Shown here in pieces: positions 46,896 through 55,957 of a DNA stretch of 64,000 bases (positions are counted from its first letter, which is position 1; every line of letters starts with the position of its first letter). The position numbers and the translations under genes are program-made. The notes under the pieces were generated by a model, which was not told the DNA's origin, searched no databases, and saw only the letters and a list, made by a program, of their open reading frames with translations. The stretch lies in the NCBI GenBank assembly GCA_964474825.1, contig CAYYWQ010000001.1:485609-549608 (forward strand). The letters are read 5' to 3'. Origin of the DNA: an uncultured Candidatus Saccharibacteria bacterium. Lineage in GTDB: Bacteria; Patescibacteriota; Doudnabacteria; UBA920.

Positions 46896-47727
46896 TGTAT
46901 TCCGAGGTGGCCTGTTTCAACTGGTCCACTTTGTTGTTATAAATTTTAACCAAAGCATTGTACTCGCCCACTTTTTGGTTATAACTATTAGACTCCTCCT
47001 GCGTGGTTGGCTGGGGACTGCCGTCAATTTCACTTTTAAGTTTTTCCAACTGCGGCGAAATGCCGTCTATGTCGCCTTTTAAAGAATTAATCTTAGCTTT
47101 TAGCGCCGGGTCAACAAAAGGACAGGCTGACACCGGTTTGCCAAACTCCTGGACTGCCAACCAGGTCTTACGGCCTTCAAAAACGCCCTGCCCCACCGCC
47201 ACGCCAATTTCCGAATATTTAACACCCAAAATATTGGCCCTGTGGCCCGGACTGTTCATCCATGCTTCTACTAACGCAGCGTCGTCTTTAAAGTTGCCTA
47301 AAGCCAAATTTTCGCCAATAACCACATACTCATAACCGGCGGCTGTAGCCACAGCAGAAGGCCCTTTGCCGTCCGGCGAAACATGCTCAAAATACTGCAA
47401 GTTAAACATGTCGTTAAGTTTCGCGCGCGCGGCTTGGTCTAATTTTTGGTTCTCCACAAGCGCCGGCAGTCCGCCATTTTCACCTCTGGCCTTGTTTGTA
47501 AAATCTATTACCCCTACTCTTGTTAAATAAGCCTGCGGGCTGTCCTGGTCGCCGCGCAGAGCGCCACCGTTAAAAACCTGCTGCTTTAAATCCTGAATGG
47601 TTTGATTATTGGAAATAAGTTGGCCGAGCTTAGGATTTTTAGCAAACCAAGATTTTACATTTGGCCCATAGACCGAAGTAAAAGCGGCTAAGACAATAAT
47701 TACAAGAATGATGTAATACTTTCTCAT
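46858..47727 (-). CDS. Second CAP/SCP-domain protein, a paralogue of 4200..5249, with a C-terminal coiled-coil
   Basis: AWMNSPGHRANIL and YFEHVSPDG, plus an N-terminal signal/TM. Confidence 0.65.
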   Translation of the reverse strand: MRKYYIILVIIVLAAFTSVYGPNVKSWFAKNPKLGQLISNNQTIQDLKQQVFNGGALRGDQDSPQAYLTRVGVIDFTNKARGENGGLPALVENQKLDQAARAKLNDMFNLQYFEHVSPDGKGPSAVATAAGYEYVVIGENLALGNFKDDAALVEAWMNSPGHRANILGVKYSEIGVAVGQGVFEGRKTWLAVQEFGKPVSACPFVDPALKAKINSLKGDIDGISPQLEKLKSEIDGSPQPTTQEESNSYNQKVGEYNALVKIYNNKVDQLKQATSEYNAQVQAFNACVG

Positions 47728-47731
47728 AAAA

Positions 47732-48319
47732 TCAGAATCCCAAATCTTTAGATATTGGTTTTAGGGCCTCTATTACAAACGCAATATGTTCGTCTTCGGG
47801 AATTCCTAGCTCATTAATTCCCATTTGAATGTCTTCCCTGCTGACCTTGGCGGCGAAACTTTTGTCTTTCAATTTTTTCTTTACCGATTTTACTTCCAAA
47901 GACATTAATTTGTCGGGGCGCATATAAGCGCAGGCAACTACAAAACCGCATAACTCGTCACAGGCAAACAGGCATTTTGCCATTTGTGTTGTACGAGGCA
48001 CTCCACTATACAAGGCATGGCCTAAAATTGCCTGGATAATTTCGTCCGGATAATTTAAAGACTGCAAGTGCCTTACTCCTTCAAAAGGATGCCCGGTTTT
48101 TTTCTCCGGGTCAGGGACAGGAAATTTTTCATAATCAAAATCGTGGAGCAGTCCGGTAATCCCCCACATTTCTTCGTCACCATTATACTTTTTGGCATAA
48201 GCCCGCATAGCCGCTTCCGCACTAAGCATGTGCTTGCGCAAACTTTCGGACTCTACCCATTGACACATTAATTTGTAAGCTTGGTCTCTGGTAATATTCA
48301 TTATTTTTCTCCCTGCCAC
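47732..48319 (-). CDS. HD-domain metal-dependent phosphohydrolase
   Basis: GLLHDFD...H...D spacing typical of HD domains. Confidence 0.45.
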   Translation of the reverse strand: MAGRKIMNITRDQAYKLMCQWVESESLRKHMLSAEAAMRAYAKKYNGDEEMWGITGLLHDFDYEKFPVPDPEKKTGHPFEGVRHLQSLNYPDEIIQAILGHALYSGVPRTTQMAKCLFACDELCGFVVACAYMRPDKLMSLEVKSVKKKLKDKSFAAKVSREDIQMGINELGIPEDEHIAFVIEALKPISKDLGF

Positions 48320-48963
48320 TCCTTAAAAAATTCTTTTAAATACGCTTCCATAAACTTATGCCTTGGGCCCGCAATTCTTTTAGCAGTTTTGGTATTAAGT
48401 CTGTCTTTTATTAACAATAATTTTTCATAAAAATGATTAATACTAGTATTCTCGTTAATCCTATTCTTATATACTGCTTCTGTCATGTTTTTTAAAGGCT
48501 TTATTTTCGGGTCATAAATAGGCCTGTGAAAAGTTGCGCCCGTAGCCATGACCCTGGCAATACCAATAGCCCCTAAGGCCTCTAAACGGTCAGCATCCTG
48601 GACAATTTTAGCTTCAAGGGTTTTGGCTCCGTTTTTGGCCCCGGCTCCCTTAAAAGAAACATTGTCTACAATGTGGGTTACTTTTCTAATAGTAGTCATA
48701 TCCACACCCAAAGACTTAAGTAACTTCCCAGCCACCTTCCCTCCGGCATTAAAATTTCCCTTGTAAAACTTCCAGTCCGCAATATCATGGAGCAACGCCC
48801 CCATTTCAATTATAAAAAGATTTTTCGCTTTTTCTCCGCGGGCAATTCGTAATGCCAACACCCTCACTCTATGCAAGTGATACCAATCATGCCCCGAAGA
48901 ATCTTGGGAAAATTTTTTCTTAAGATGTTTCTCAAGTTTTTTTATTACTTTATTATTTTGCAT
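48301..48963 (-). CDS. HD-domain phosphohydrolase
   Basis: WYHLHRVRVLALRIA...LLHDIADWKF. Confidence 0.6.
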   Translation of the reverse strand: MQNNKVIKKLEKHLKKKFSQDSSGHDWYHLHRVRVLALRIARGEKAKNLFIIEMGALLHDIADWKFYKGNFNAGGKVAGKLLKSLGVDMTTIRKVTHIVDNVSFKGAGAKNGAKTLEAKIVQDADRLEALGAIGIARVMATGATFHRPIYDPKIKPLKNMTEAVYKNRINENTSINHFYEKLLLIKDRLNTKTAKRIAGPRHKFMEAYLKEFFKEWQGEK

Positions 48964-48965
48964 AA

Positions 48966-49190
48966 TTACCGAGCCGGAGTTTCTGTCACTGTTTCAAAAA
49001 ACAACTTGCCGTCAACGGTTCTGCATTGGCGGGGATAGCTTTCCATAACCGGGTACCCGGCGGCAACGCATTCCTGAAAACTATTTACTTTAGGAGGCTT
49101 TGGGCTTTTGTTGCGGACAATAATAAAAGTTGCGATTGCCGACAAGGCAATTAAAAATATAGCTGTATAAATTCTTACGTCACTTCTCAT
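48966..49190 (-). CDS. Small secreted or membrane protein
   Basis: N-terminal TM/signal and conserved Cys residues. Confidence 0.25.
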   Translation of the reverse strand: MRSDVRIYTAIFLIALSAIATFIIVRNKSPKPPKVNSFQECVAAGYPVMESYPRQCRTVDGKLFFETVTETPAR

Positions 49191-49194
49191 AAAT

Positions 49195-49896
49195 TTATAT
49201 AATCTCCCTTCTAATTTTTAAAGCCATCCCCGGCCTGTTTGTGGTTATAGAGCTAACTCGGTTATTTAGTAAAAATCTCTTTAATAACACCGGATCATCT
49301 ACCGGCCACAGGGTGATTTGGTATTTCTGGGGAATAAATTTATACAGTTTCCAGTCCATTAGCTTCCAATTTAAACAAAAACCGTTTACCAGGGACAATA
49401 CTTTCCTTCTATGGAATAAAAACCACAAAAGCCCAAAAAATTTTTTCCCTTTTGAACTTAAAATTAAATTTACGGTAATTTCCGGGTAAAGCTCTTTTAC
49501 CCTGGCAAGAATTTCAAAATTAAAGGAAATAATTTCAAAATGCTCCAGACTTAAAAACTTTTTTGCAACTTCTGCCGTTTCCCGCTCGTAACCTTTGGCT
49601 TTAATTTCTATGCTGAAATTAATTTTCCCCGCAAAAAATTCTAAAACCTGCTCTAGGGTGGGGACAATAAAGTTTTTCTGCCGAGCCTGCTGCTGAAGCT
49701 GCTTAAAACTAATAGAATCAATTTTTTGCCCGTTTATACTACTGTCATGGAAAACCGCTAAACTGCCGTCTGCCGTTTGCCTGACATCGAGCTCTATAAA
49801 GTCTGCCCCTAAATCTACGGCTTTTTGAAAAGCCTCTAAAGTATTTTCACGCGCTAAGTTTGAAGCGCCTCGGTGCGCCACAATTAACTTTAACAT
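49195..49896 (-). CDS. Glycerophosphodiester phosphodiesterase
   Basis: IVAHRGASNLARENTLEAF...ELDVRQTADGSLAVFHD. Confidence 0.75.
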   Translation of the reverse strand: MLKLIVAHRGASNLARENTLEAFQKAVDLGADFIELDVRQTADGSLAVFHDSSINGQKIDSISFKQLQQQARQKNFIVPTLEQVLEFFAGKINFSIEIKAKGYERETAEVAKKFLSLEHFEIISFNFEILARVKELYPEITVNLILSSKGKKFFGLLWFLFHRRKVLSLVNGFCLNWKLMDWKLYKFIPQKYQITLWPVDDPVLLKRFLLNNRVSSITTNRPGMALKIRREII

Positions 49897-49904
49897 TAAA
49901 GAAT

Positions 49905-50522
49905 TTATTTATTAACTCTTACAAAATAAAACAAAAAGACGCTTTTATCCTCACTTGAATACAAATACTCGCCGGTTTCTATAACTTCAAAATTATTTTC
50001 TTTAAGTATTTGCCCAAACTCCGCTAAATTATACTTGGCAAAAAAACGCTTTTCACTTGAATGTTTTGAATCCTCAATTTTTTCCCCCTCTCCTTCCTTT
50101 AGCGCAATAAAACCAATTCCGTTGTTTTTTATAATTCTTCTGACGCTTTGTAAAACTGTAGAAATTTTTGATTTAGGAACGTGCAAAAAAGAACAGGCGG
50201 CCCAAAAACCATCGAATTCATCGGCGGGAAAATCCAATTGGTAAAAGTCCTTCTTCAAAAAATTTCCTTTTGGGTTTCTCTTCCGAGCTTCCTCAAGCAT
50301 AGCCTCTGAAGCGTCGATACCCAAATAACTGTAATTATTTTCAATAAACCAGGCAGCATCGTTACCACTACCGCAGCCTAAATCAATAATTTTCCCTTTT
50401 GGTAAAAAAGAAGAAAATTTCCTATGCTCATTATGCCAAAAATTTGACTGGTGCTTATTTGCCCACCACTGGGCATTTTTTGCATAGTAATCTTGGGTTA
50501 TTTTTTCTTGATCGGAAAGCAT
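49905..50522 (-). CDS. Class I SAM-dependent methyltransferase
   Basis: Motif I IIDLGCGSGND. Confidence 0.65.
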   Translation of the reverse strand: MLSDQEKITQDYYAKNAQWWANKHQSNFWHNEHRKFSSFLPKGKIIDLGCGSGNDAAWFIENNYSYLGIDASEAMLEEARKRNPKGNFLKKDFYQLDFPADEFDGFWAACSFLHVPKSKISTVLQSVRRIIKNNGIGFIALKEGEGEKIEDSKHSSEKRFFAKYNLAEFGQILKENNFEVIETGEYLYSSEDKSVFLFYFVRVNK

Positions 50523-50531
50523 GGCCCAGGG

Positions 50532-51818
50532 TTATTTTTTTACAAAAACCGAAATATTTTTTTTATCTAAAATCTCTTCCTTTCCCAACTTTAAACTTTT
50601 AACTTTATACTTTCCACTTTTTACTTCTTCTTCCCCTACTACCAAAACAAACGGAATTTTTTGTTTGTCAGCGGTTTTTACTTGGGAGGAAACTTTTTTG
50701 TCTGTAATGTCTACTGCTACATTTGCGCCTTGCGCTCTTAACTCAGAAGCTAACTGATTTGCCGCAGCAAGATAACCTTCGAGATGACAAACATACAAAT
50801 CCACCGGGGGTCTGTATTCGGGCAAAAGGCCGTAGGTTTCCAAAAAGTCTTTGGTAGTTACGTCTCCCCAACCAAAACCAACACCCGAAACTTTTTCAAC
50901 GCCGAATATAGAAACCAGGTCGTCATACCTACCCCCGCCAAAAAGCGCGCGGGGGTTTACGGGGTTTACGTCGTACAATTCAAACACAGTGCCGGTATAA
51001 TAATCAAAACCCCTAACCAAGCTTGGGTCAAACACTACGTTGTTAATCTTTAAGTTTTTTATGCTCTCTAAAACACCCAGTAATTCTTTTGCGCCTTCGC
51101 AGGCTAAGATTTTTGGGTCTAATTTATCTACAGATTTTATTTCTAAAACTTCCAAAAGCATTTTAGTTTTGTCTGCCAAAATTTCTTCCATGGCCGCTGC
51201 AAATGCCGCGCTCTCCATTTTATTTTTTTTGTCTATAAGCTTGGAAGCTTTATGGGATTGTTCTGGCGTCACGCCAATATAATCCTGCATAATATAATTC
51301 ATCATGCGGCGGTTGTTTATGCGAATTTCAAAAGTCTCGTCCTTAGCGCCAAAGGACTTCATGGTGTTGTAGGCAAGATTGATTATTTCCACGTCAGCCT
51401 CTATGCTGTCCACGCCAAAAATATCTACATTCAATTGCCAGTGTTCGCGAAGGCGGCCGCGCTGAGGACGCTCGTAGCGGAACAAATTTGGAATACTAAA
51501 CCAGCGAAGCGGAAAGGAAAGCTCCATGCGTTTTTGGGCAACCATTCTGGCAACCGTAGGGGTCATTTCCGGACGAATGGTAACATCGCGCCCGCCGCGG
51601 TCAGTAAAGGAATAGGTTTGCTCATTTACAATTTCTTCGCCGCTCTTGGCTCTATATAAATCTGTTTCTTCCAAAATGGAAGCATTGTATTCCAAATAGC
51701 CAAAACTCTCGGCAACTTTTTTCCAAACCGAAAAAATATGATTTTGCTTAAATTGCTCCTCAGGGTAAAAATCCCGCGTGCCTTTATACGGCTCTAAACT
51801 CAACTTTTTTTGTGTCAT
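50532..51818 (-). CDS. hisS: Histidyl-tRNA synthetase
   Basis: KGTRDFYPEE, class II motifs, and the GGGRYDDL HisRS signature. Confidence 0.9.
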   Translation of the reverse strand: MTQKKLSLEPYKGTRDFYPEEQFKQNHIFSVWKKVAESFGYLEYNASILEETDLYRAKSGEEIVNEQTYSFTDRGGRDVTIRPEMTPTVARMVAQKRMELSFPLRWFSIPNLFRYERPQRGRLREHWQLNVDIFGVDSIEADVEIINLAYNTMKSFGAKDETFEIRINNRRMMNYIMQDYIGVTPEQSHKASKLIDKKNKMESAAFAAAMEEILADKTKMLLEVLEIKSVDKLDPKILACEGAKELLGVLESIKNLKINNVVFDPSLVRGFDYYTGTVFELYDVNPVNPRALFGGGRYDDLVSIFGVEKVSGVGFGWGDVTTKDFLETYGLLPEYRPPVDLYVCHLEGYLAAANQLASELRAQGANVAVDITDKKVSSQVKTADKQKIPFVLVVGEEEVKSGKYKVKSLKLGKEEILDKKNISVFVKK

Positions 51819-51881
51819 CGCTCTTTAATCCTAAATCTTTAATCCTAAATCTTCTTGAAATATAGCAAAAATAAGGCTATT

Positions 51882-52484
51882 TTACAAACTGCTAAAAAAT
51901 CCCGGTTTGACTTTGGCAAAAAATCTTTCGACTTCATCTAGTAGCATATTGAAGTCTTTTTGATTAAAACCGGCCTTCTTTCTTTTTTCCTGTAGCCACT
52001 CATTCCAGCGCTTGTAAGTTACCTTGCTATCATAATAAAAACGCTGGTCAGCCAAATATGTATTGATTACCGGCAGTATCTTATCGAGAAGATAAATGAA
52101 TTTTGATTCTTTATCGCCCAGCCGCTCAAATTTGTTTATGGTCTTATATAAGTTGTCAAAGTCAGGAAATCGGCTCCTGATTTTTCTCAAAGCCGCAGTC
52201 TCGCGGCGGTGTTTGGAAGCAATAAATTTTTTTGGATGCGTGTGTGGATTGGTATCTCCGGCATAAACTTCGACCAAATCATGGCACAAAGCATATTCCA
52301 AAATTTTTTGGCGGTCTAACTTCAATTTTAACTTATTATTCAAATACCACGCCATTATGGCCAGCTGGTAACTATGCTCGGCATCGCTTTCCATCGAGTC
52401 GCGATCAATAATCTTAACGCTCCGTTCAATTCCGGCAAAACGGTGCGTCAATTCGAATAATTTAAACAGTTGTGACAAAGCCAT
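51882..52484 (-). CDS. YfbR-like HD-domain 5'-deoxynucleotidase
   Basis: HSYQLAIMAW...CHDLVEVYAGDT. Confidence 0.7.
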   Translation of the reverse strand: MALSQLFKLFELTHRFAGIERSVKIIDRDSMESDAEHSYQLAIMAWYLNNKLKLKLDRQKILEYALCHDLVEVYAGDTNPHTHPKKFIASKHRRETAALRKIRSRFPDFDNLYKTINKFERLGDKESKFIYLLDKILPVINTYLADQRFYYDSKVTYKRWNEWLQEKRKKAGFNQKDFNMLLDEVERFFAKVKPGFFSSL

Positions 52485-52494
52485 AAACTCAAAT

Positions 52495-52737
52495 TTATTT
52501 GTTTCTCGCCAAATATTTCTGAAGTGCCAACGAAAGCCAAGCTAAAGCCAAAAATCCTGTCGAAGCCATGCTAAGCCACAGATGTAGAGAAAAATAAACA
52601 AAAGTATAAATCAAAAGCACGCCACCCGTCATTAGGCTTGTCGCAATGGGAGGTTTGTCTTTACCGAATAAAGAAGGAAACAAAGCAATAATAAAAATCC
52701 ACGAACCAACAGAGAGCACTATATCTTGCCAAGGCAT
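52495..52737 (-). CDS. Small membrane protein
   Basis: Three hydrophobic helices. Confidence 0.25.
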   Translation of the reverse strand: MPWQDIVLSVGSWIFIIALFPSLFGKDKPPIATSLMTGGVLLIYTFVYFSLHLWLSMASTGFLALAWLSLALQKYLARNK

Positions 52738-52754
52738 ATTTTTTTATTTAAAAA

Positions 52755-53753
52755 TTAATAAAATGTAGTAAATGTTCTGTGGTAAGGTTTAATTTCCGCC
52801 TGCAATTTCTGGTCTTGGCTGGCCAGCCAAATTACGTGCCCAACTTGGAGAGATGTATACTCCGGCATTTGTTGGTGAAGTAATTCTACCCCCCAAATAG
52901 CGCCGCTGCGAATTTCCACTTCTTCTGCGCTGCCGGCAGGAATTTCTTTGCAAGAATCAACCGCCGCGCTAAGCTCGGGACTATATTCCAAAACCCCAAA
53001 ATGCCTGAGTAACTGCGGTAACTTGTAATCGGCAAATATGCATAGTTTGTCAAAATTTTTCAAAAACGGCCTTTTTGCGGTTGAAACAAGACGAAATTCA
53101 AAATCCAAAGCCAACAAATGGGCAATTTTTAAAAATACAACTTCTTTTCCCTTGTATGTGGCAACGTCTTTGTAAGACGGAAAATACTTCACTAAAATTT
53201 CAAACAATTTAACCGCGTCCCTGTCCGCCGCTTCTATTAAATTTGCCGCCTGCCCACCAAAATATTTTTTTAACGCCGCGGCATTTTGGTTAAGTATTTT
53301 AACACGGCTACTAAGCAAAGGAATTTCTGCTGCTGTAGATGCACGAAAAATATTTTTAATATCCGCCTCTGAAGCGTTTTCCAAAAAATTTACATCTGCA
53401 ACCGGCACGCCCTCGTCAAACGCGCGTTTAAAAGCCGCGCAAAGGCCATACCAGCCGTCCACCTTTTCTCCGTTAGGCATTGTTATTGCCCATTTCGGTT
53501 GGCCTGGGAAGGCCCAAAAACAATACGCCATCATAGATTCAAAAAAAACTAGCTGGGCGTCTGTTTTAAAATCCCCGGTCAAATTGTGGCCATGGTCCGG
53601 AAACTCGGTACTCGCCTTAAGATATTCCTTTATCCGCGTTGCATATTCTTTTACTGCCTCGGGCCTTAAAAAAACCGCTTCCGCATTTTCCATTACATAT
53701 TTAGTGGAAGAAAGAATGTTAAATGGGTCGGGAGTTGTAATTTCTAAATTCAT
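52755..53753 (-). CDS. Hypothetical protein, possibly of the DUF2419/Qng1-like queuosine-salvage family
   Basis: Size and overall composition only. I could not verify a motif. Confidence 0.25.
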   Translation of the reverse strand: MNLEITTPDPFNILSSTKYVMENAEAVFLRPEAVKEYATRIKEYLKASTEFPDHGHNLTGDFKTDAQLVFFESMMAYCFWAFPGQPKWAITMPNGEKVDGWYGLCAAFKRAFDEGVPVADVNFLENASEADIKNIFRASTAAEIPLLSSRVKILNQNAAALKKYFGGQAANLIEAADRDAVKLFEILVKYFPSYKDVATYKGKEVVFLKIAHLLALDFEFRLVSTAKRPFLKNFDKLCIFADYKLPQLLRHFGVLEYSPELSAAVDSCKEIPAGSAEEVEIRSGAIWGVELLHQQMPEYTSLQVGHVIWLASQDQKLQAEIKPYHRTFTTFY

Positions 53754-53767
53754 TTACAATTCTTGCT

Positions 53768-55288
53768 CTAATTATAATATTGTTTCGCTAACTCAGAAAT
53801 TTTTTCCCAGTTATTGTTTATTAACTGTAGCGCTCTCTGACGGGAAATATTATAGGACTGCCAAATCCCACTTTCTTCGCGCAGCCGTTTTGCCTGGTCA
53901 TTTAAAGCCAGTGCCGCGCTGGTTGCAACGCTACGTCCATATTTGTCTTTTAAGGAAGTTTTGTCTAGCAGTTTTATTAGCTCCGGAGTGGCATCGGTTG
54001 AGAGCATGGAAATATAGCTTGTGTCTAATTTACCAACAGTTGCAAACTGTTCTATATTTTTTCGCGCAATAAACGCGTCCGGATTTAAGCAATTAAACAC
54101 AAAGAAAAAGGCCAATACTGAAACAATAACGCCAAAGAAAAAACTGCTATCCTGTAGACCAACTGTTATTTTATAAAAAAGCCACGAGAAGACTGCTGCT
54201 AACCAAACAATAAAGGCCTGAACCAAAATGCGCTGCATAGTAAAGCTATAAGCCTCTTCATAAATATTAAGCCTTAAAAAGGCTGAGGCCATTATTATCA
54301 AAACTAAAGCAATTAACACTCCGGACAAGGATTTAAAAATCCCAAAATGTCCGCGCTCGCTTCTTTCTATATATTTATCAGCTCCATAAATAAGACCAAA
54401 TGTTAGAACAGCCACAGCAATTAATTCTCCAAAGCCTTTATGGGCATACTCTGCGTAAGTGAATCCTAAGTCGGTTATTGCGGACTGTCCGGCAAATAAA
54501 TATTTAATTTGAATAATTACAAAAAGTAAAGACAAGGCGCTCAGGGAACCGAACAGGATTCCGGCCTCAATTTTGCCAAACCTGTATGTTATGGGGATCC
54601 GGGGAACTCGATCATGGAGTCTTGGAGATGCGTTTTCCAAAATATAAAAATACGTGCCCAGCCAAATAAAGGCAAAAGTCAAAGTCCAGAAAATTTTAGC
54701 AGTTAGCGTAGGACTAATTTCAAAATTAAAAATATTTGAAAGCATTCTACTAAATACCAGGTCGGCAGAAGACAGTAAAAGTATAAAAATAATAAGGAAG
54801 GGTAAAGTAATAAAAATACCTTTAACCACCTGGGAATATTTTTGGCTTTCTTTAAACCCTTTACCTACTGTTAGCATTCTCCCAAGCGCTACAAAAGATT
54901 TACCAAGCATTTTAAAAGGGAGGACGCACCCGTTTAGAATGTAGTCAAAAAATGAATAATGCCTAATTGTTTTACCACTAATATGATTCGCAAGCAGAAG
55001 AAGCAAACCCAGAGTTACTATAAAGTTCCAAAAAATTAAAAACTGACTGTCTCTTACTGCTATCATTACCGAAAAAAATAAAATAGGCGCCAAATACCAT
55101 AAGGCGCTTTTTACGTAAACAATTTTAAAATAATCTAGCAAGCCAAATAATGCTATTAGAAGAAGAAACACATAAACAAAAAACGACAAGCCGATTTGCT
55201 TGTCAAAAAAACAAAAATTAAAAAGCAGTCCTAAAACAAACGCCACTGCTCCAATTATATATATATTTTTGGTTGAAAGTGTTTGCAT
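53768..55288 (-). CDS. Large polytopic membrane protein
   Basis: Twelve or more TM segments. Confidence 0.35.
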   Translation of the reverse strand: MQTLSTKNIYIIGAVAFVLGLLFNFCFFDKQIGLSFFVYVFLLLIALFGLLDYFKIVYVKSALWYLAPILFFSVMIAVRDSQFLIFWNFIVTLGLLLLLANHISGKTIRHYSFFDYILNGCVLPFKMLGKSFVALGRMLTVGKGFKESQKYSQVVKGIFITLPFLIIFILLLSSADLVFSRMLSNIFNFEISPTLTAKIFWTLTFAFIWLGTYFYILENASPRLHDRVPRIPITYRFGKIEAGILFGSLSALSLLFVIIQIKYLFAGQSAITDLGFTYAEYAHKGFGELIAVAVLTFGLIYGADKYIERSERGHFGIFKSLSGVLIALVLIIMASAFLRLNIYEEAYSFTMQRILVQAFIVWLAAVFSWLFYKITVGLQDSSFFFGVIVSVLAFFFVFNCLNPDAFIARKNIEQFATVGKLDTSYISMLSTDATPELIKLLDKTSLKDKYGRSVATSAALALNDQAKRLREESGIWQSYNISRQRALQLINNNWEKISELAKQYYN

Positions 55289-55310
55289 GTTTTTAGAGAA
55301 GTTTTAATTA

Positions 55311-55952
55311 TTAATTTCCTAAATACTTGTAACCCCACAGGCTTCCTTCCGCTCTTTGCTGGTCAAGGTAACAGGGAAGCTCCATCTCTCCTGTAAAGCC
55401 AGTTTTATATTCGGCTATATGACAACTTTCATGGACAATGGCTCCCCCAACAGCCGCAGCCTCACCACTGGGCATTATTTTCCCTACATTAACCTCAATG
55501 GTAGAGGTATTGTTCTGGGTGCAGCCCATTACGTCCTGCCCGCTGCACAATGTTACTGGAATCTTTATAAGGCTAACATTTTTACAGACTTGTTTATAGT
55601 CAGGAAAGTCTGCCTTTCTTAAGGCATCCAGTACATACTTAATTTCCTTAATATCTTCTTTCGGGTAATACTGCGATGATTTTATAGTAATGAAGCAGTT
55701 GTTTAAAACGTCAATATACGTTGAGGGGCTTACAGAGCGATACCAGGCGATTATCGGTAAAGCTACAAGAACAAAAAAAACGGCAAAATATACTAATACC
55801 TTTAGAATTATTACAACTGGCCTGGACCATGGAGCTTTTTTGCCGGCGCGCAGCTTATGATTCAGTACGGAAAAATCCGGCAGCCCAGAATCCTTATTGG
55901 AACCTGGCGTTTTGCCCAAATTTTTCCCGATTGGTGGCATTCCTGAAGCCAT
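55311..55952 (-). CDS. Membrane-anchored putative zinc metalloprotease (HExxH)
   Basis: GAIVHESCHIAEY, with a downstream Glu and Cys-rich segments. Confidence 0.35.
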   Translation of the reverse strand: MASGMPPIGKNLGKTPGSNKDSGLPDFSVLNHKLRAGKKAPWSRPVVIILKVLVYFAVFFVLVALPIIAWYRSVSPSTYIDVLNNCFITIKSSQYYPKEDIKEIKYVLDALRKADFPDYKQVCKNVSLIKIPVTLCSGQDVMGCTQNNTSTIEVNVGKIMPSGEAAAVGGAIVHESCHIAEYKTGFTGEMELPCYLDQQRAEGSLWGYKYLGN

Positions 55953-55957
55953 AAAAA

